Of a stretch of 64,000 bases of DNA, positions 36,939 through 49,325 are shown piece by piece (position 1 is the first letter of the stretch; every line of letters starts with the position of its first letter). Position numbers and translations under genes: made by a program. Origin of the DNA: Chiloscyllium plagiosum (lineage: Eukaryota); contig NC_057728.1 of assembly GCF_004010195.1 (NCBI RefSeq), positions 53,278,174 to 53,342,173 on the forward strand. The letters are read 5' to 3'. The notes below the pieces were generated by a model. It saw nothing but the letters and a program-made list of their open reading frames with translations. It was not told the DNA's origin and made no database searches.

Positions 36939-38979
36939 CACAAGAGCAGATGAACCTGCTGGGTACATGTGCACAAATTGTTGAAGGTGGCAGGACAGGT
37001 TGAGAAAGTGGTTCATAGAACTAATGAGACCCTGGGCTTTCAATATGGAGAGCACAGAACAGAATAGCAGTAAGTTAGAGTGAGCCTTCATAAATGATAA
37101 GTTCAGCATCGGCTGGAGTACTGCATTCAATTCTGACCATCACACTTAGTGAAGGATTTGGAGAAAAGTCACTGAAAGGTTTTCTAAGAATGGCTCCAGG
37201 AATGAGAAACTTCAGTTCTGTAGAAAGTTTGGAAAAGCTGGTGGTGTTGTCCTTACAGAACTCCTTACAGATCAAGAGTTACCATAAGACACCAATTTAA
37301 AATTAATGGTGAATGAAACAAAGATGACATGAAGAAAAAAATACATTTCTGAGCAGCAAGTGGCGAGGATTTGTAATGTATAGACGGAGAATGTGGCAGA
37401 GGTAGATTCAATCAGCCCCTCTAAAAGGAAACTGGATAATTTAACAAATGGAAAAAATGTGCAGGGCTCTGGGACAAAGGCGGGGGAGGAATAGCTGAGT
37501 TGTTTTTGCATAGAGTTGGCATGAACATGATGAATTGAATGGCCTCCTGATGTGCTGTAACAAATCTATTATTCGGTCACTTTGAACTGGGAGCTCTTTA
37601 GTCCTATCTTTAAGCTTGGGCAGCTACATAGATGCCATTGCTTTGCGTCCTAAGCCTATAATCTTTCAAACTTTGCTCTAGTCACAACTTGTGTTGCATT
37701 CCTTATGTGCTCCGCCAAACATCACATTGGGGATGAAAAGCAAGTGTTATTTATCCAGGGAGGAACAAAAGACTGTGGCCAACTCCTCAGCTGCCTCCAT
37801 CTTTTCAGCTGAAGCCAGCTGATGTCCCATTACTGCAGTTTGTGTTCAGGCAGTATTCATGAAGTTCACGCTTGGTGATGTGTGGCTTTAGATTGCTGTC
37901 AGCCTGGCTACAGATAGTGTGGCTCAAAGAGGGTCTCAAAGCAGTCAAGTGATCAGTCCTCCATCAGATCATCAGGATGGGATTGCCACTTTGTGAAATC
38001 TGAAGTGGCTCTGTCATGCCTGATAGTTTTTATCCAAGATAAAAAAAAGGAGCAAGAGGAGGCCATTCAGCCCTTCAAGCCTGCTCTGCACTCAATATGA
38101 TTGTAGCTGATCATGCAATTTCAGTATCCCACTCTCGCTTTCTCTTCATACCCCCGGTGGGCAATCATTGGGTAGAGAGTCAGAGTTGAGAAAGCGTGGT
38201 ACTAGAAAAAGTACAGCAAGTCAGGCAGCACCCGAGGAGCAGGAGAGTCGAAAATTCAAGTACGACCCTTCTTCAGGACCCTTCTTCAAGATGCCATTGG
38301 CATCCTTGACTGGGAGAGCCACGTGTCCAGTCATCCTCCTCCTCCTCCCTATTTGAAGTAAACAGAGAGATTCACCTCTCCACATTCAGGGGCCTGCAGC
38401 AGCTCTCAGGTACAGTGATGATGGATGTACTGTAACCTGGAGTGATAAAGCAGCTTAAAATATTGATGGTGACCATGGCCTTATGAGCCCTGGCAGCAAC
38501 ATCTTCATGCAGGGTGAAGTCCGATGTTAGGTTGAATGATGAAGCTAAATCTGTAACCATCCCCCAGTTGAACCTGAGTCACTCTCCTGGATGCTGTTGT
38601 GAAGTTAGAAGTGTTCTCTGAAAATCCTCCTCTTCCTCACCCCTCATTCTTTGCAGACCGCTGTGGCACCTGCTCCATTAGGTTCTGTAGACCCAGTGGC
38701 TCAGGAACCTCAGCTCCCCTGTAACCGTGTGTAGAATTGTCTGACTGACTCCTCTACCTGTGGATGGACAACAGGAAGCTGCAGCAGGCTTGCAAGTTTC
38801 TCCAGATCAGCAAGTACAGCAAGTCAGGCAGCACCCGAGGAGCAGGAGAGTCGAAAATTCAAGTACGACCCTTCTTCAGGACCCTTCTTCAAGATGCCAT
38901 TGGCATCCTTGACTGGGAGAGCCACGTGTCCAGTCATCCTCCTTCTCCTCCCTATTTGGAGTAAACCAGCTATTATTTG

Positions 38980-39425
38980 AATAAAGGAACATAGCGTCTG
39001 GAGCAAGGGTCTTATGAAGAAAAGCTGAAGGACTTGGATCTGTTCTCACCGGAGAGAAGAAGGCTAAGAGGGGATTTAATAGAGACATGCAAGATGATCA
39101 GAGGATTAGAGTGGATAGTGAGAGTCTTTTTCTGAGGATTATGACATCTGCTTGTACGAGGGGGCATAGCTGCAAATTGAAGGGAGATAGATTGAAGACA
39201 GATGTCAGAGGCAGGTTTTTTGCTCAGAGAGTGGTAAGGGTGTGGAATGCTCTGCCTGCCAATGTAGTTAACTCAGCCACATTAGGGGCATTTAAATAGT
39301 CCTTGGATAAGCATATGGATGATGATAGGATAATGTAGGGTGATGGACTTAGGTTAGTTCACAAGTCAGCGCAACATTGAAGGACGAAGGGCCTGTTCTG
39401 CACTGTATTGTTCTATGTTCTATGT
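38980..39425 (+). mobile_element. CR1 LINE 3' fragment
   Basis: TRGHSCKLKGDRLKTDVRGRFFAQRVVRVWNALP; tail ttctatgttctatg. Confidence 0.85.
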
Positions 39426-40089
39426 AATAGGCCACCGACTGAGCCCGTTCTGCCATCCAGTGATTATGGTGGAACCATGGCCTAACTCCATATATTCGCA
39501 TTTGGCCCATATCCGTTAAGACCTTTGTTTACCAAAAATGTATCTATCTCAGATTTAGCACCTAACATCCACTGCCATTTGTGCAAACATCTACCACCCT
39601 TTGTGTGTAGAAGTGCTTCCTAACATCTCTCCTGAATGGTCTGCTCCTAATTTTTAGACCCGTAGCTCTAGAATCACCAGCCAGTGGATATAGTTTATCT
39701 TTATTTTGATAATTCTCATCAGCCTACTCGGAGTTGCAATTACACACCTGCGGAGCAGGTAGGACATGACCCAGGGCCTCCTGGCTCAGAGGCACTACCA
39801 CTGTGTCACAAGAGGCCTTGTTTACCTGGTCTTTTCCTGTTAATATTATGAACAGTTCAATCAGATCACTGCTTAAACCTTCTAAATTCTAGAAGGAACA
39901 ACAGGCCTAATTTGTATAATCTCTCCTCTGAAGTACAGGAATCATTCTCGTAATTTGGATGGCTGGCCCTTTATATAGCAGGGAGTGAGGGAAGGTTTGG
40001 ATGGGATCCTCCTATACCATACATACCACTGTGACTGTTCAGCATAAATGGTCACTGTACCTGCTTGGTCCAAGTACATAATAATTATT

Positions 40090-40425
40090 TTAGATTAGAT
40101 TCCCTACAGTATGGAAACAGGCAATTTGGCCCAACGAGTCCACATCAACCCTCCGAAGAGTAATGCACCTTGACTCATTCCCCTCCTCTATATTTACCCC
40201 TGACTAATGCACCTTGCACTATGCATGACCAGTTCAGCATGACCAATTCACCTTAACTTGCACATCTTTGGATTGTGGGAGGAAACTGGAACACCCAGAG
40301 GAAACCTACGCAGATACGGGGAGAGCGTGCAAACTCCACACAGATAATCGCCCGAGGCTGAAATTGTACCCGGGTCTCTGGCGCTGTGAGGCAGCAGTGC
40401 TAACCACTGAGCCACCGTGCCACCT
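40090..40425 (-). mobile_element. HE1/V-SINE, full length
   Basis: ggtggcacggtggctcagtggttagcactgctgcctcacagcgccagagacccgg head; aatctaatctaa tail. Confidence 0.9.
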
Positions 40426-43234
40426 TGATAAAGCAACTTAAAAGTTAATTGTGATGGCAGTGTTTATGGCACTGGCAGCATCATCCTCACACTAAGTGAG
40501 GCTCAAGGGTGGACTGAAAGACGTGGCAGTATTCAATGACTACTTCCCTACGTCAACTCAGCTGCAGCTTTAGAGCCCAACTTCACAGCTGTGAAAATAA
40601 TCTCGACAGAACAAAACCCTTCCTAACACTCTCAAGCCTCATCAGCACTGAGTACATCCCAGTAACTGAGAACATTCCTTGAATATCTTCTTTTCTCTTT
40701 GAACAATGTGGTTTTTAAGGAATTCAAGGCCCTCCTTGGATGCTGCCTGAACTGCTGTGCTCTTCCAGCACCACTAATCCAGAATCTGGTTTCCAGCATC
40801 TGCAGTCATTGCTTTTACCTCAATGTATAGTGCCATGCTTTGTTTTATTTCTGGCCTACGGATCGAGTCCATGCAAGGACAAAAAAAAATTAGTCCACAA
40901 TTATGAAGTTGTGATTGTCAGTTTTCTGAAAAAGACAGATGGCCTGAAATTTGAACAAGGTGATTTATCGCGAAGAGTTCATTCAGAGGAACGAACGAAA
41001 TTTGGATTTACATACATCATGTTTCTGAGGAGTCCCAAAGTGTTTCACAGACAATGATGTACAGTCACTGTTGGAATGCAGGATGAAGGAAGTGTGCAGC
41101 ATAGAATAAGGCCACTTGGCTTATCAGCTGCCAAACTGTACTTCCCATGACCGTGTTATGGAGATATTGTAGCTTTGTCCCTCACCTATATAGAACAGAG
41201 AATGTGAGAGTTAAATTCAGGGTTTGAGAGCACCAACTTGGGGGCAGTTGAGGTGAGGTGGGGGTGTATAGAGGGTCAGAGAGTGCACAGTGGATTTGGT
41301 GGGATGGATGAGTGAGTTGGGGAGACTGAGCTGGGGAGATTGCATGGAGGGGTTGAGATGGGCAGAAGACAGCGCTTTGAGGGTGGAGAAGGTTTTGAGC
41401 GAGGGTCGAGGGCACAGAGCACCTTGGGGTTGGGGTGAATGGTATGTACATATGGTGGGGTGCAGGGATGGGCTGGAGGGGAAGGTGTGGAGGAGTAGTG
41501 AGGCCCACTTGTGTCAATAATAAAACAGAAAAGGCTTGTAATACTCAGCAGGTCTGTCAGCAGCTATGGAGAGAGAAATAGACTTCAGGTTTCAAGTTGC
41601 TGACCTGGCATTGGAACAGTGTTGTATCAAATGCTCTGGACCATGCCTGGTTGAAAGTGACAGGGTGACCAGACGAGGCTGAATGAACACAAACAGAAAT
41701 TGCTAGCAGGTCTGGCAGCATCTGTGGAGAGAAAGCAGAGTTAACATTTCGGGTCCAGTGATTCTTCTTCAGAACTGTTAAATTAAGTAAGCTAAATTAA
41801 ATTCTTTTTATCCTTTCCTTGTCCAGGTCCTGGAAGAAATCCTTGGATCTTCCCTATTACAACTTATCCCCCCATATCACCATTCCCTTGCTTTTCCTAA
41901 GCACCTGGCTCATTTGTACAATGGTCCACTCCATGTGCAGGATACCATTTCCATCCACTGGCTGCAAGTTTGTTCCCAGTTAGCCAAAATATCCATTTTA
42001 AATAATAATATGTTCAATAAATCTAACAGGCCTTGTTTCCCTCTGAACTCCTGATTGTGTTGTCCCTGTTCTTTCTCCAACTCACCAATCCCATTCAAAT
42101 CCTTCTCCCATCCTCCATGTATCAGATGTACCAGATCCTAATGCTGCAAACATCCAAAGGATATGACAAGGATTTGACAGCCAAGTACATGTAGGCATAT
42201 TGATCAGAATATCAGAATCAAAGTACAGATTTACGCTAGTTTGGTTCTTGAGTACAAATCACTAGTCTCTACTTCAAAAGTGAGGCTGAAAGTTGGAGTG
42301 TGGAAATTGATGACAACAATTAATCTGGCAAATGGCTTAAGAATTAATTCATGTGGAGTCTTGCTGCTCCCGTTCCATTACTTCATTCAGGCTAAAATAT
42401 CAGATGTGCAGGAAACTTGTTTGCCTCCCAGCACGCATTTCATTGCTTTCTGATGTTCTTTTGGCACATCATTTTGGTGAGAATGCATTCACCAGAACTC
42501 TTGGACAAAGGGCCCTCATTCCTGCATCTTTCCACTTTCCGAGTAAGTTCTTTCCAAGACGGTGATGTGATATTTTCTTGTGCTTGTTGCTGTGAAGGAT
42601 GTGACTAAGTGGAAAAATAACTTTCCTCATTGAAGTTAAGTAACCCAATGAAAACATCAAGCACATTTCGAGAAGTACAGCCAGATGGAGAGTATAGCTT
42701 TCTCCATACTGACAAGCAATGTGTCTCAGACACAAGCTCAAAGGACACTCTCCAGGATCAGACCACTGTAAACCTTTTCCAGTTCCTGAAAGCAACCTCC
42801 TCTTCAGATTGTCAATTGCTAACAGAAATTGGGAACAGTTCTCTTGCAATGTGGGACTTGCATCCGCTAAGAACTGAATTGAAATTTTCCAAAATGCTTT
42901 CACCACCAGAACAGAGCAGTTATCATCTCATTTTTTTGAACATGTCTTCAGCTGAAACAGTGGACACCTTTGTCATTGCTTCTCCCCACATTCTGGGCAG
43001 GTAGGTAGTGGCTTGACACAGCTGAGAGGTTTGCTCAACTACTGTTTAATTAAAGCCAACTGCATTACAATGGATTTGGAATCACACATAAACAGACCAG
43101 GTAAGGATGGAGGATTTCCTTCTCAAAAAGATATAAGAGTACTGGAAGTTTTTTTTTAAACAAAGATCTGATTGTTTCAATGTCACCATTACTTACTCTA
43201 GCTTTTAATTCCAGATTTATTCATCAATGCTCAT

Positions 43235-43590
43235 CAAGTCATAGGGTCATACAACATGGAAACAGACCCTTCAGTCCAACCAGTCCACGCCGAACATAAT
43301 CCTAAACTAAACTAGTCCCACCTGCCTGTTCCTGGCCCACATCCCTACAACCTTTCCTATTCATGTAGTTATCCAAATGTCTTTTAAATGTTGTAATTGT
43401 ACCCACATCCACCATTCCCTCAGGAAGTTCATTCCACATGTGAACCACCCTCTTTTATAAAGAACTTTCCCCCATGTCTTCTTAAAATCTCTCTCCTCTC
43501 ACCTTAAAATTGCACTCCCTAGTCTTGAAAGCCTACGGAAAACACACCTACCATTAACTCTACCTACACCCCTCGTTATTTTTAAATTTT
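43235..43590 (-). mobile_element. CR1 LINE 3' end
   Basis: Matches the CR1 3' region and tail of the other copies. Confidence 0.75.
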
Positions 43591-44165
43591 TACTTCCAGC
43601 AGTTACGATGATCGGAGGTTTAACCTGGGCCTTTGGATGACCAGGCCATAGACATTGCACCATGACTACCATTTGGTCAAAGCCCTGGGAATGCCATCCA
43701 AATAGCCCCATGTGCTATGTCTATACCACATGGTCTGTAATATTCAAGAGACAAAGAAATGGGTGAAATAGGTGTCTAAATCCACTGAGGGTCATTGTCC
43801 TTTCAAACAGGCACACATAAAATTGACCCCAGAGCTTAAGGTTGCTATTGAGAAAGTTGAAGTATCTTTTTGGGATGGTATTGGGCACAATGTCTGCCCA
43901 AACAGTGCTACTCATTGGCAGTTTAGGAGGTTTGTCATGTAACCCAATGCCTACAAACAATAAAACTTTGGGCTCAGCCACACATTGGGAAATTGATGGG
44001 ATCGGGTACAACACATGCTTTACACATGGTCCAATTATGACTCACTGTTAAAGTTAATGCAGAGCACTGTTGGGTTGTCTAATCAGTAGTTCATTGATCC
44101 CATAGGATTTATATACTTTGAGCTTGGAAAACAAAGTATCTCCGTAACTCAGGCATTTTCTTAAA

Positions 44166-44376
44166 GAAGAAAGTGAGGACTGCAGATGCTGGAGATCAGA
44201 GCTGAACATGTGTTGATGGAAAAGCGCAGCAGGTCAGGCAGCATCCAAGGAGCAGGAGAATCGACGTTTCAGGCATGAGCCTTTCCTGAAGAAGGGCTCA
44301 TGCCCGAAATGTCGATTCTCCTGCTCCTTGGATGCTGCCTGACCTGCTGCGCTTTTCCAGCAACACATTTTCAGCT
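44166..44376. mobile_element. Fold-back hammerhead-bearing mini-element, opposite orientation to the 30282 copy
   Basis: Inverted arms; TSD cattttcttaaa at 44154-44165 and 44377-44388. Confidence 0.88.
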
Positions 44377-44889
44377 CATTTTCTTAAAAGGCCAGGCTGT
44401 TCGAAACATACAACCACAACAACAGGGACTGTCAATAGGTGAATATTGAGCTTATGACAAACTACATTAAAGTGTTTTACAAATTGGTAATGAGTGAATG
44501 ACAAGAATTTAAGATTTTAAGAAAGAACTAATTATAAACTTAAGGTTGGTGAGGGTACAATTGGAGTACTGTGTGCTGTTTCAGGTGTTCAGTTATGAAA
44601 GGGCATTAAAACCCACAGCAAGATACCAACTAAATACACAAAGCTGAAGGCAGGAATAGGAAACTCCAGCTATCAGGAGAATCCTGAGACATTGGAGGTA
44701 TCAGTGTAAATTAGAGTTCATTAGGATGGAGTGAATGGGACTAGTTCAGCTTAGGAAACCTGGTCAGCATTGACAAGTTGGGCCAAAGTATCTATTTCTG
44801 TGCTGTTTAACTCTATGACTCAATGGCTGTATGAGACATGGAGGGCAGAAATAATTCCTTTACAAAGAGTGTTTCTGATACAATAACCT

Positions 44890-45790
44890 AAAAACAAAAA
44901 AGCAAAGGACAGTGGATGCTAGAAATGAGAAACATAAACAGAAATTGCTGGGAAAACTCAACACATCTGGCAGCATCTGTGAAAGAAAGCAGAGTTAGCA
45001 TTTTGGGTCCAGTGACCCTTCTTCAGAACTGAATGTCATGAGGAGATGTTTGGTATGTATGCTACAGAAATTGCTGGGAAAACTCAACACATCTGGCAGC
45101 ATCTGTGAAAAGAAAGCAGAGTTAGCATTTTGGGTCCAGTGACCCTTCTTCAGAACTGAATGTCATGAGGAGATGTTTGGTATGTATGCTGAAGATGGGG
45201 TGTGTGGCGGGGGGGGGGGATTGTAGTGAACAATAGGTGGAGATGAAGCCCAGAGAGAAAGAACAACAGTTGGATAGACCATGGAATGGATAAAAGTTAG
45301 CCTGGGGGATTGAATAGCTGCTAATGGGGACAATTAGTAGCTGACGATGCGTAGTTTGTCAAGGACTGAAGTGTTGGGATTTTGAAAAGGACATGGGAGA
45401 AAGTACTCAGGCCCTAAAATTATTAAACTCAATACTGAGTTCCAAAGGGAGCAGGATTGCCAAATGAAAAATGAGCTGCTGTTATTCCAACTAGCACTGA
45501 ACATTGCTGGATCACTGCAGCAAGCCAAGACAGAAATGTGTTAAACTGGCAAGCAATAGGACAAAATGTAGGTGTTCCAAAAAGTGATCGCCCAGTCTGT
45601 GTTTTGTCTCCCCATTGTACATCAGGCTACATCGTGGGCAGCGAATATAGTGGATTGAGTGAAGTGCCGGAAAATTGCTGCTTTACCTGGAAGGTGTGTC
45701 TGAGGCCTTGGATAGTGAGGAATAAGGAAGAAAATGGGTAGGTGCTACACCTTCTGCAATTGCATAGGAAGGTGCCATGGAGTATGGGCA
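44890..45790 (-). mobile_element. Penelope-like 3' fragment with tandemly duplicated pLTR segment
   Basis: pLTR family also seen at 17305-17435, 41690-41776 and 47150-47285; GIY-YIG-like remnants at about 45400-45780. Confidence 0.7.
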
Positions 45791-45929
45791 GGTGTTGGGT
45801 GTGGACCGAGGGTAGCCAGCATTTCTTGCCTATCTCGAATGGCCCAGAGGGCAGTTAAGAGTCAACCACACGATTGTGGCAAAAAGTGGTTACTGCAGAT
45901 TCTGGAGATTAGAGTCAAGATTAGAGTAG

Positions 45930-46947
45930 AGTCATAGAGTCATAGAGATGTACAGCATGGAAACAGACCCTTCGGTCCCAACCCCTCCATGCCGACCAGA
46001 TATCCCAACCCAATCTAGTCCCATCTGCCAGCACCCGGCCCATATCCCTCCAAACCCTTCCTATTCATATACCTATCCAAATGCCTCTTAAATGTTGCAA
46101 TTGTACTCGCCTCCCACTTCCTCTGGCAGCTAATTCCATACATGTGCCACCCTCTGTGTGAAAAAGTTGCCCCTCAGGTCTCTTTTATATCTTTCCCTTC
46201 TCACCCTAAACCTATGCCCTCTAGTTCTGGACTCCCCACCCTAGGGAAAATACTTTGTCTATTTATCCTATCCATGCCCCTCATAATTTTGTAAACCTCT
46301 ATAAGATCATCCCTCAGCCTCTGACGCTCCAGGGAAAACAGCCTTAGCCTGTTCAGCCTCTCCCTATAGCTCAAATCCTTCAACCCTGGAAACATCCTTA
46401 TAAATCCAGTCTGAACCCTTTCAAGTTTCACAACATCTTTCTGATAGGAAGGACACCAGAATTGCACACAATATTCCAAAAGTGGCCTAACCAATGTCCT
46501 GTACAGCCGCAACATGACCTCCCAACTCCTGTACTCAATACTCTGACCAATAAAGGAAAGCATACCAAACGCCTTCTTCACTATCCTATCTACCTATAGA
46601 GAAGACAGGAAGGGCATTTCCCTGTGGTGGAGGGATCATAGATTTTCTGTGAGTGACAGGAAATGCAGAGGGGAATGTGAGGAAATAAATTTCACCCAAA
46701 CGGTGATGGGGAATCTGAAATGCCTGTAAGGGTGGTTTAGATGTGCACTTATGATGTCAAGATTCAGGTATAATCAGGTACTTGGTTTTAATGGACACAA
46801 ACCCGATGGGCTGAAGAGCATTCTTCTGTGGTGAATGGCTAGTTCTCCCTGTATTCCATGAGATCTAACCTTGCTAATTAGTCTCCCATGGGGAACCTTA
46901 TTGAATGCCTTACTGAAGTCCATATAGATCACATCTACCACTCTGCC
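45930..46947 (-). mobile_element. CR1 LINE fragments (45930-46595 and 46830-46947)
   Basis: ORF 46201-46581 LYRTLVRPLLEYCVQFW; ORF 46774-46956 VDVIYMDFSKAFNKVPH. Confidence 0.9.
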
Positions 46948-47299
46948 AAAAAGCACAGCAGGTCAGGCAACATCCAAGCAGCAGGAAAATCGACGTTTTG
47001 GGTAAAAGCCCTTCATCAGGAATCTTTGTGGGTCTGTTGTCACATATAAGACAGACCAAGTAAGGACAACAGGTTCCTTACAGGTTCTGTGACTCTGTGT
47101 AGGAAATTCCTACTTCTGTGTAGGAAATACTCAAATTCTCTGCTGGTAAATAAAAACTGGAAGAACTGCAGTTGCCGTAAATCAGAAACGAAAACAGAAG
47201 TTGCTGGAAAAGCTCAGTAGGTCTGGCAGCATCTGTGAAGAGAAATCAGAGTTAACATTTCAGGTCCAGTGGCCCTTCCTCAGAAGTGAGGCACTTCCT

Positions 47300-48203
47300 T
47301 GTCCTCTTTAAGTCAACCTAGCAGGGGTTTTTGTTTCTTTATCATTACAAATTTATGTCCGTAAAAGAATTAGTGGAACTTTCTGACTCCAAATATGAGT
47401 GCGAAAGCTTCCTTCTCTATCTGGGTATATTTATCTGCGTACATATTACATTCTGTATTAGCTAAAGTTCTGGGTGCATATGCTATTGGGCGTACCTCTC
47501 CATTGGGCCACCTATGATCTAATATTACTCCGTGGCTGAATGGGGGAGCATCACATGTTAACACCAGATCTCACTTGGAATCATAGTGGGACTCCTTTGC
47601 TGTCTTGAGTCTGCATACTGGCAGCAGCTACAATGGCATGCCAGACCGGATCCTAAAGAAAATTTTAACCGTTTGGCACAAGCTTGGCATTCTTTTGAGG
47701 TTTTGCTGTAGGCTGACCTAGAGTCCCTCTGTTCAGGATGTGTCCTGAGTGAGGCTCTGCAATTGTCTTTACTCAAGTGATAACCCCTGAGCTCAGTTTG
47801 GCTGGCGAGCGTGTCGATTTCCATTGGAATACCCTGCAACTCATATGCTCCATATGCCGCATTTTCAAATGGTAAAGCCAGTTGTAATGCCTGTTTGAAG
47901 TCCAGTTGGGCTTTAGATAGTAGGCCCTTTTGCATGGTTACATCATTAATCCCATTCTCATCACCACTGAAAGAACTCCACAGAGGTTGGTATCCTGTCA
48001 CCAAGACACCCTTCATTTAAACATGGAGAATCCTTGACACTGATCCAGCTCCCTCAGAGCCAGCTCTCAGAGTGAGCAGAACCTCTGATACTCCAGTTCT
48101 TATCTGTCAGCCTGGACTCCCTGATTGGACCAGATTAACATCGCCAGTCAGAAAACTCATATTCTTTGAGATCCATCTGGCTGACCTCATTACAATCACT
48201 ACA
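47300..48203 (-). mobile_element. Internally deleted Ty3/Gypsy LTR retrotransposon: LTR 47968-48203, PBS, gag and RNase H remnants
   Basis: On the - strand the LTR starts TGTAGTG and ends TTTCA, followed by g-TGGTGATGAG (PBS-like). RNase H remnant LTCDA...RPIAYAPRTL...YTQIEKEAFALIFGVRKFH. Confidence 0.8.
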
Positions 48204-49029
48204 GGAGGATGATGAGAATTATTTTATGCAGCACATTGATGTGATTTGCAGTGCATTGCCTGAAAGAGCAGTAGAAACAGATTCACTAATAACTTCTAGG
48301 TTTGAAGGGTTTCAATCAAGAGATTGAATGAATACTTGAAAAGGAAATATTTGTAAGGCTTTGGGGATGAAATGTTTATTTAGTACCTTTCCTGATCTTG
48401 GCAAATCTTAAAGAACTTTAAAATATTCTTTTAAGTACTCTTGAAGTGTAACCTATATTGCAAACATACAAAATAGGAGCAATGATAGGCCATTCAACCG
48501 TTCAAACCTGCTGCAGCATTCAATAAGATCATGGTTGATCTGTTGTGTTTCCAATTCTAGATTTCCATCTAGCTAGGAGCACCTTCAATCGGTCACTAAG
48601 TAAAAATCTATCCATCTCTGCCTTAAAAATATTCAGTGGCTCCGTCTTTACTGCCTTCTGAAGTAGTGAATTCCAGTCGCACAACCCTTTAACAAAAATA
48701 TTCCCCTCATTTCAGTTCTGAAAGGGTGACTCCTAATTTTAGAACCAGGTACTCTGACGTTCGACTGACCTTCAACGGAAAGCATCCTTTCTGTGTCAAA
48801 ACCAATCAGGATCTTATACGCTTCAATCAAATTACTTCTCATATTTCTAAACTCCAGTGGAAATAAGCCCAGTCTGTCCAACCATTTCCAATGAGACAAT
48901 CCACACATTCCAGGTATCACTCCGATAAACCTCTGCTATAAAGCAGAGACAAGCAGTAGTTAATTTGACAAGTAAAGCAGGGAGCATTGGATCTAACTGT
49001 TCTTACAAAGAGCTGGCAAAGACATAATG

Positions 49030-49325
49030 GACTGGATCTTTCTCTGTCCAAAGTCTAATATTGTCAGATGTGACTGGAAGTGTGTCCAGGAAATTTAAAA
49101 CAATCATGGATTCTTCCAGTGGTGGTACTACCAGTGTTGTATCTGTCAGCGGGAGGCAGCTCAATGCATCCACATTTGCTATTTGGCCTCCCGGATGGTT
49201 TTCCAGCTTGTGATTATGCACACTTAATATTAGAGCCCATTGCTGAATTCTACCTGAAGCTATGGGCAGCATAGCCTTATCCTCTTCAAGTAGACCTGGC
49301 TGAGCTTTGAGGTCCGTTATTATTT
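49030..49325 (-). mobile_element. Ty3/Gypsy pol fragment (RNase H C-terminus and linker)
   Basis: IASGRIQQWALILS...HPGGQIANVDALSCLPL. Confidence 0.8.

Noticed and set aside
38372..38560. Possible Harbinger transposase remnant in the spacer ORF
   Set aside because: Resemblance is too weak to support by eye; it would need a tblastn or HMM search.
42469..43004. Overlapping 124-aa and 145-aa ORFs in apparently unique intronic DNA
   Set aside because: No recognisable domain, and the DCN reading frame is already continuous without an extra exon.
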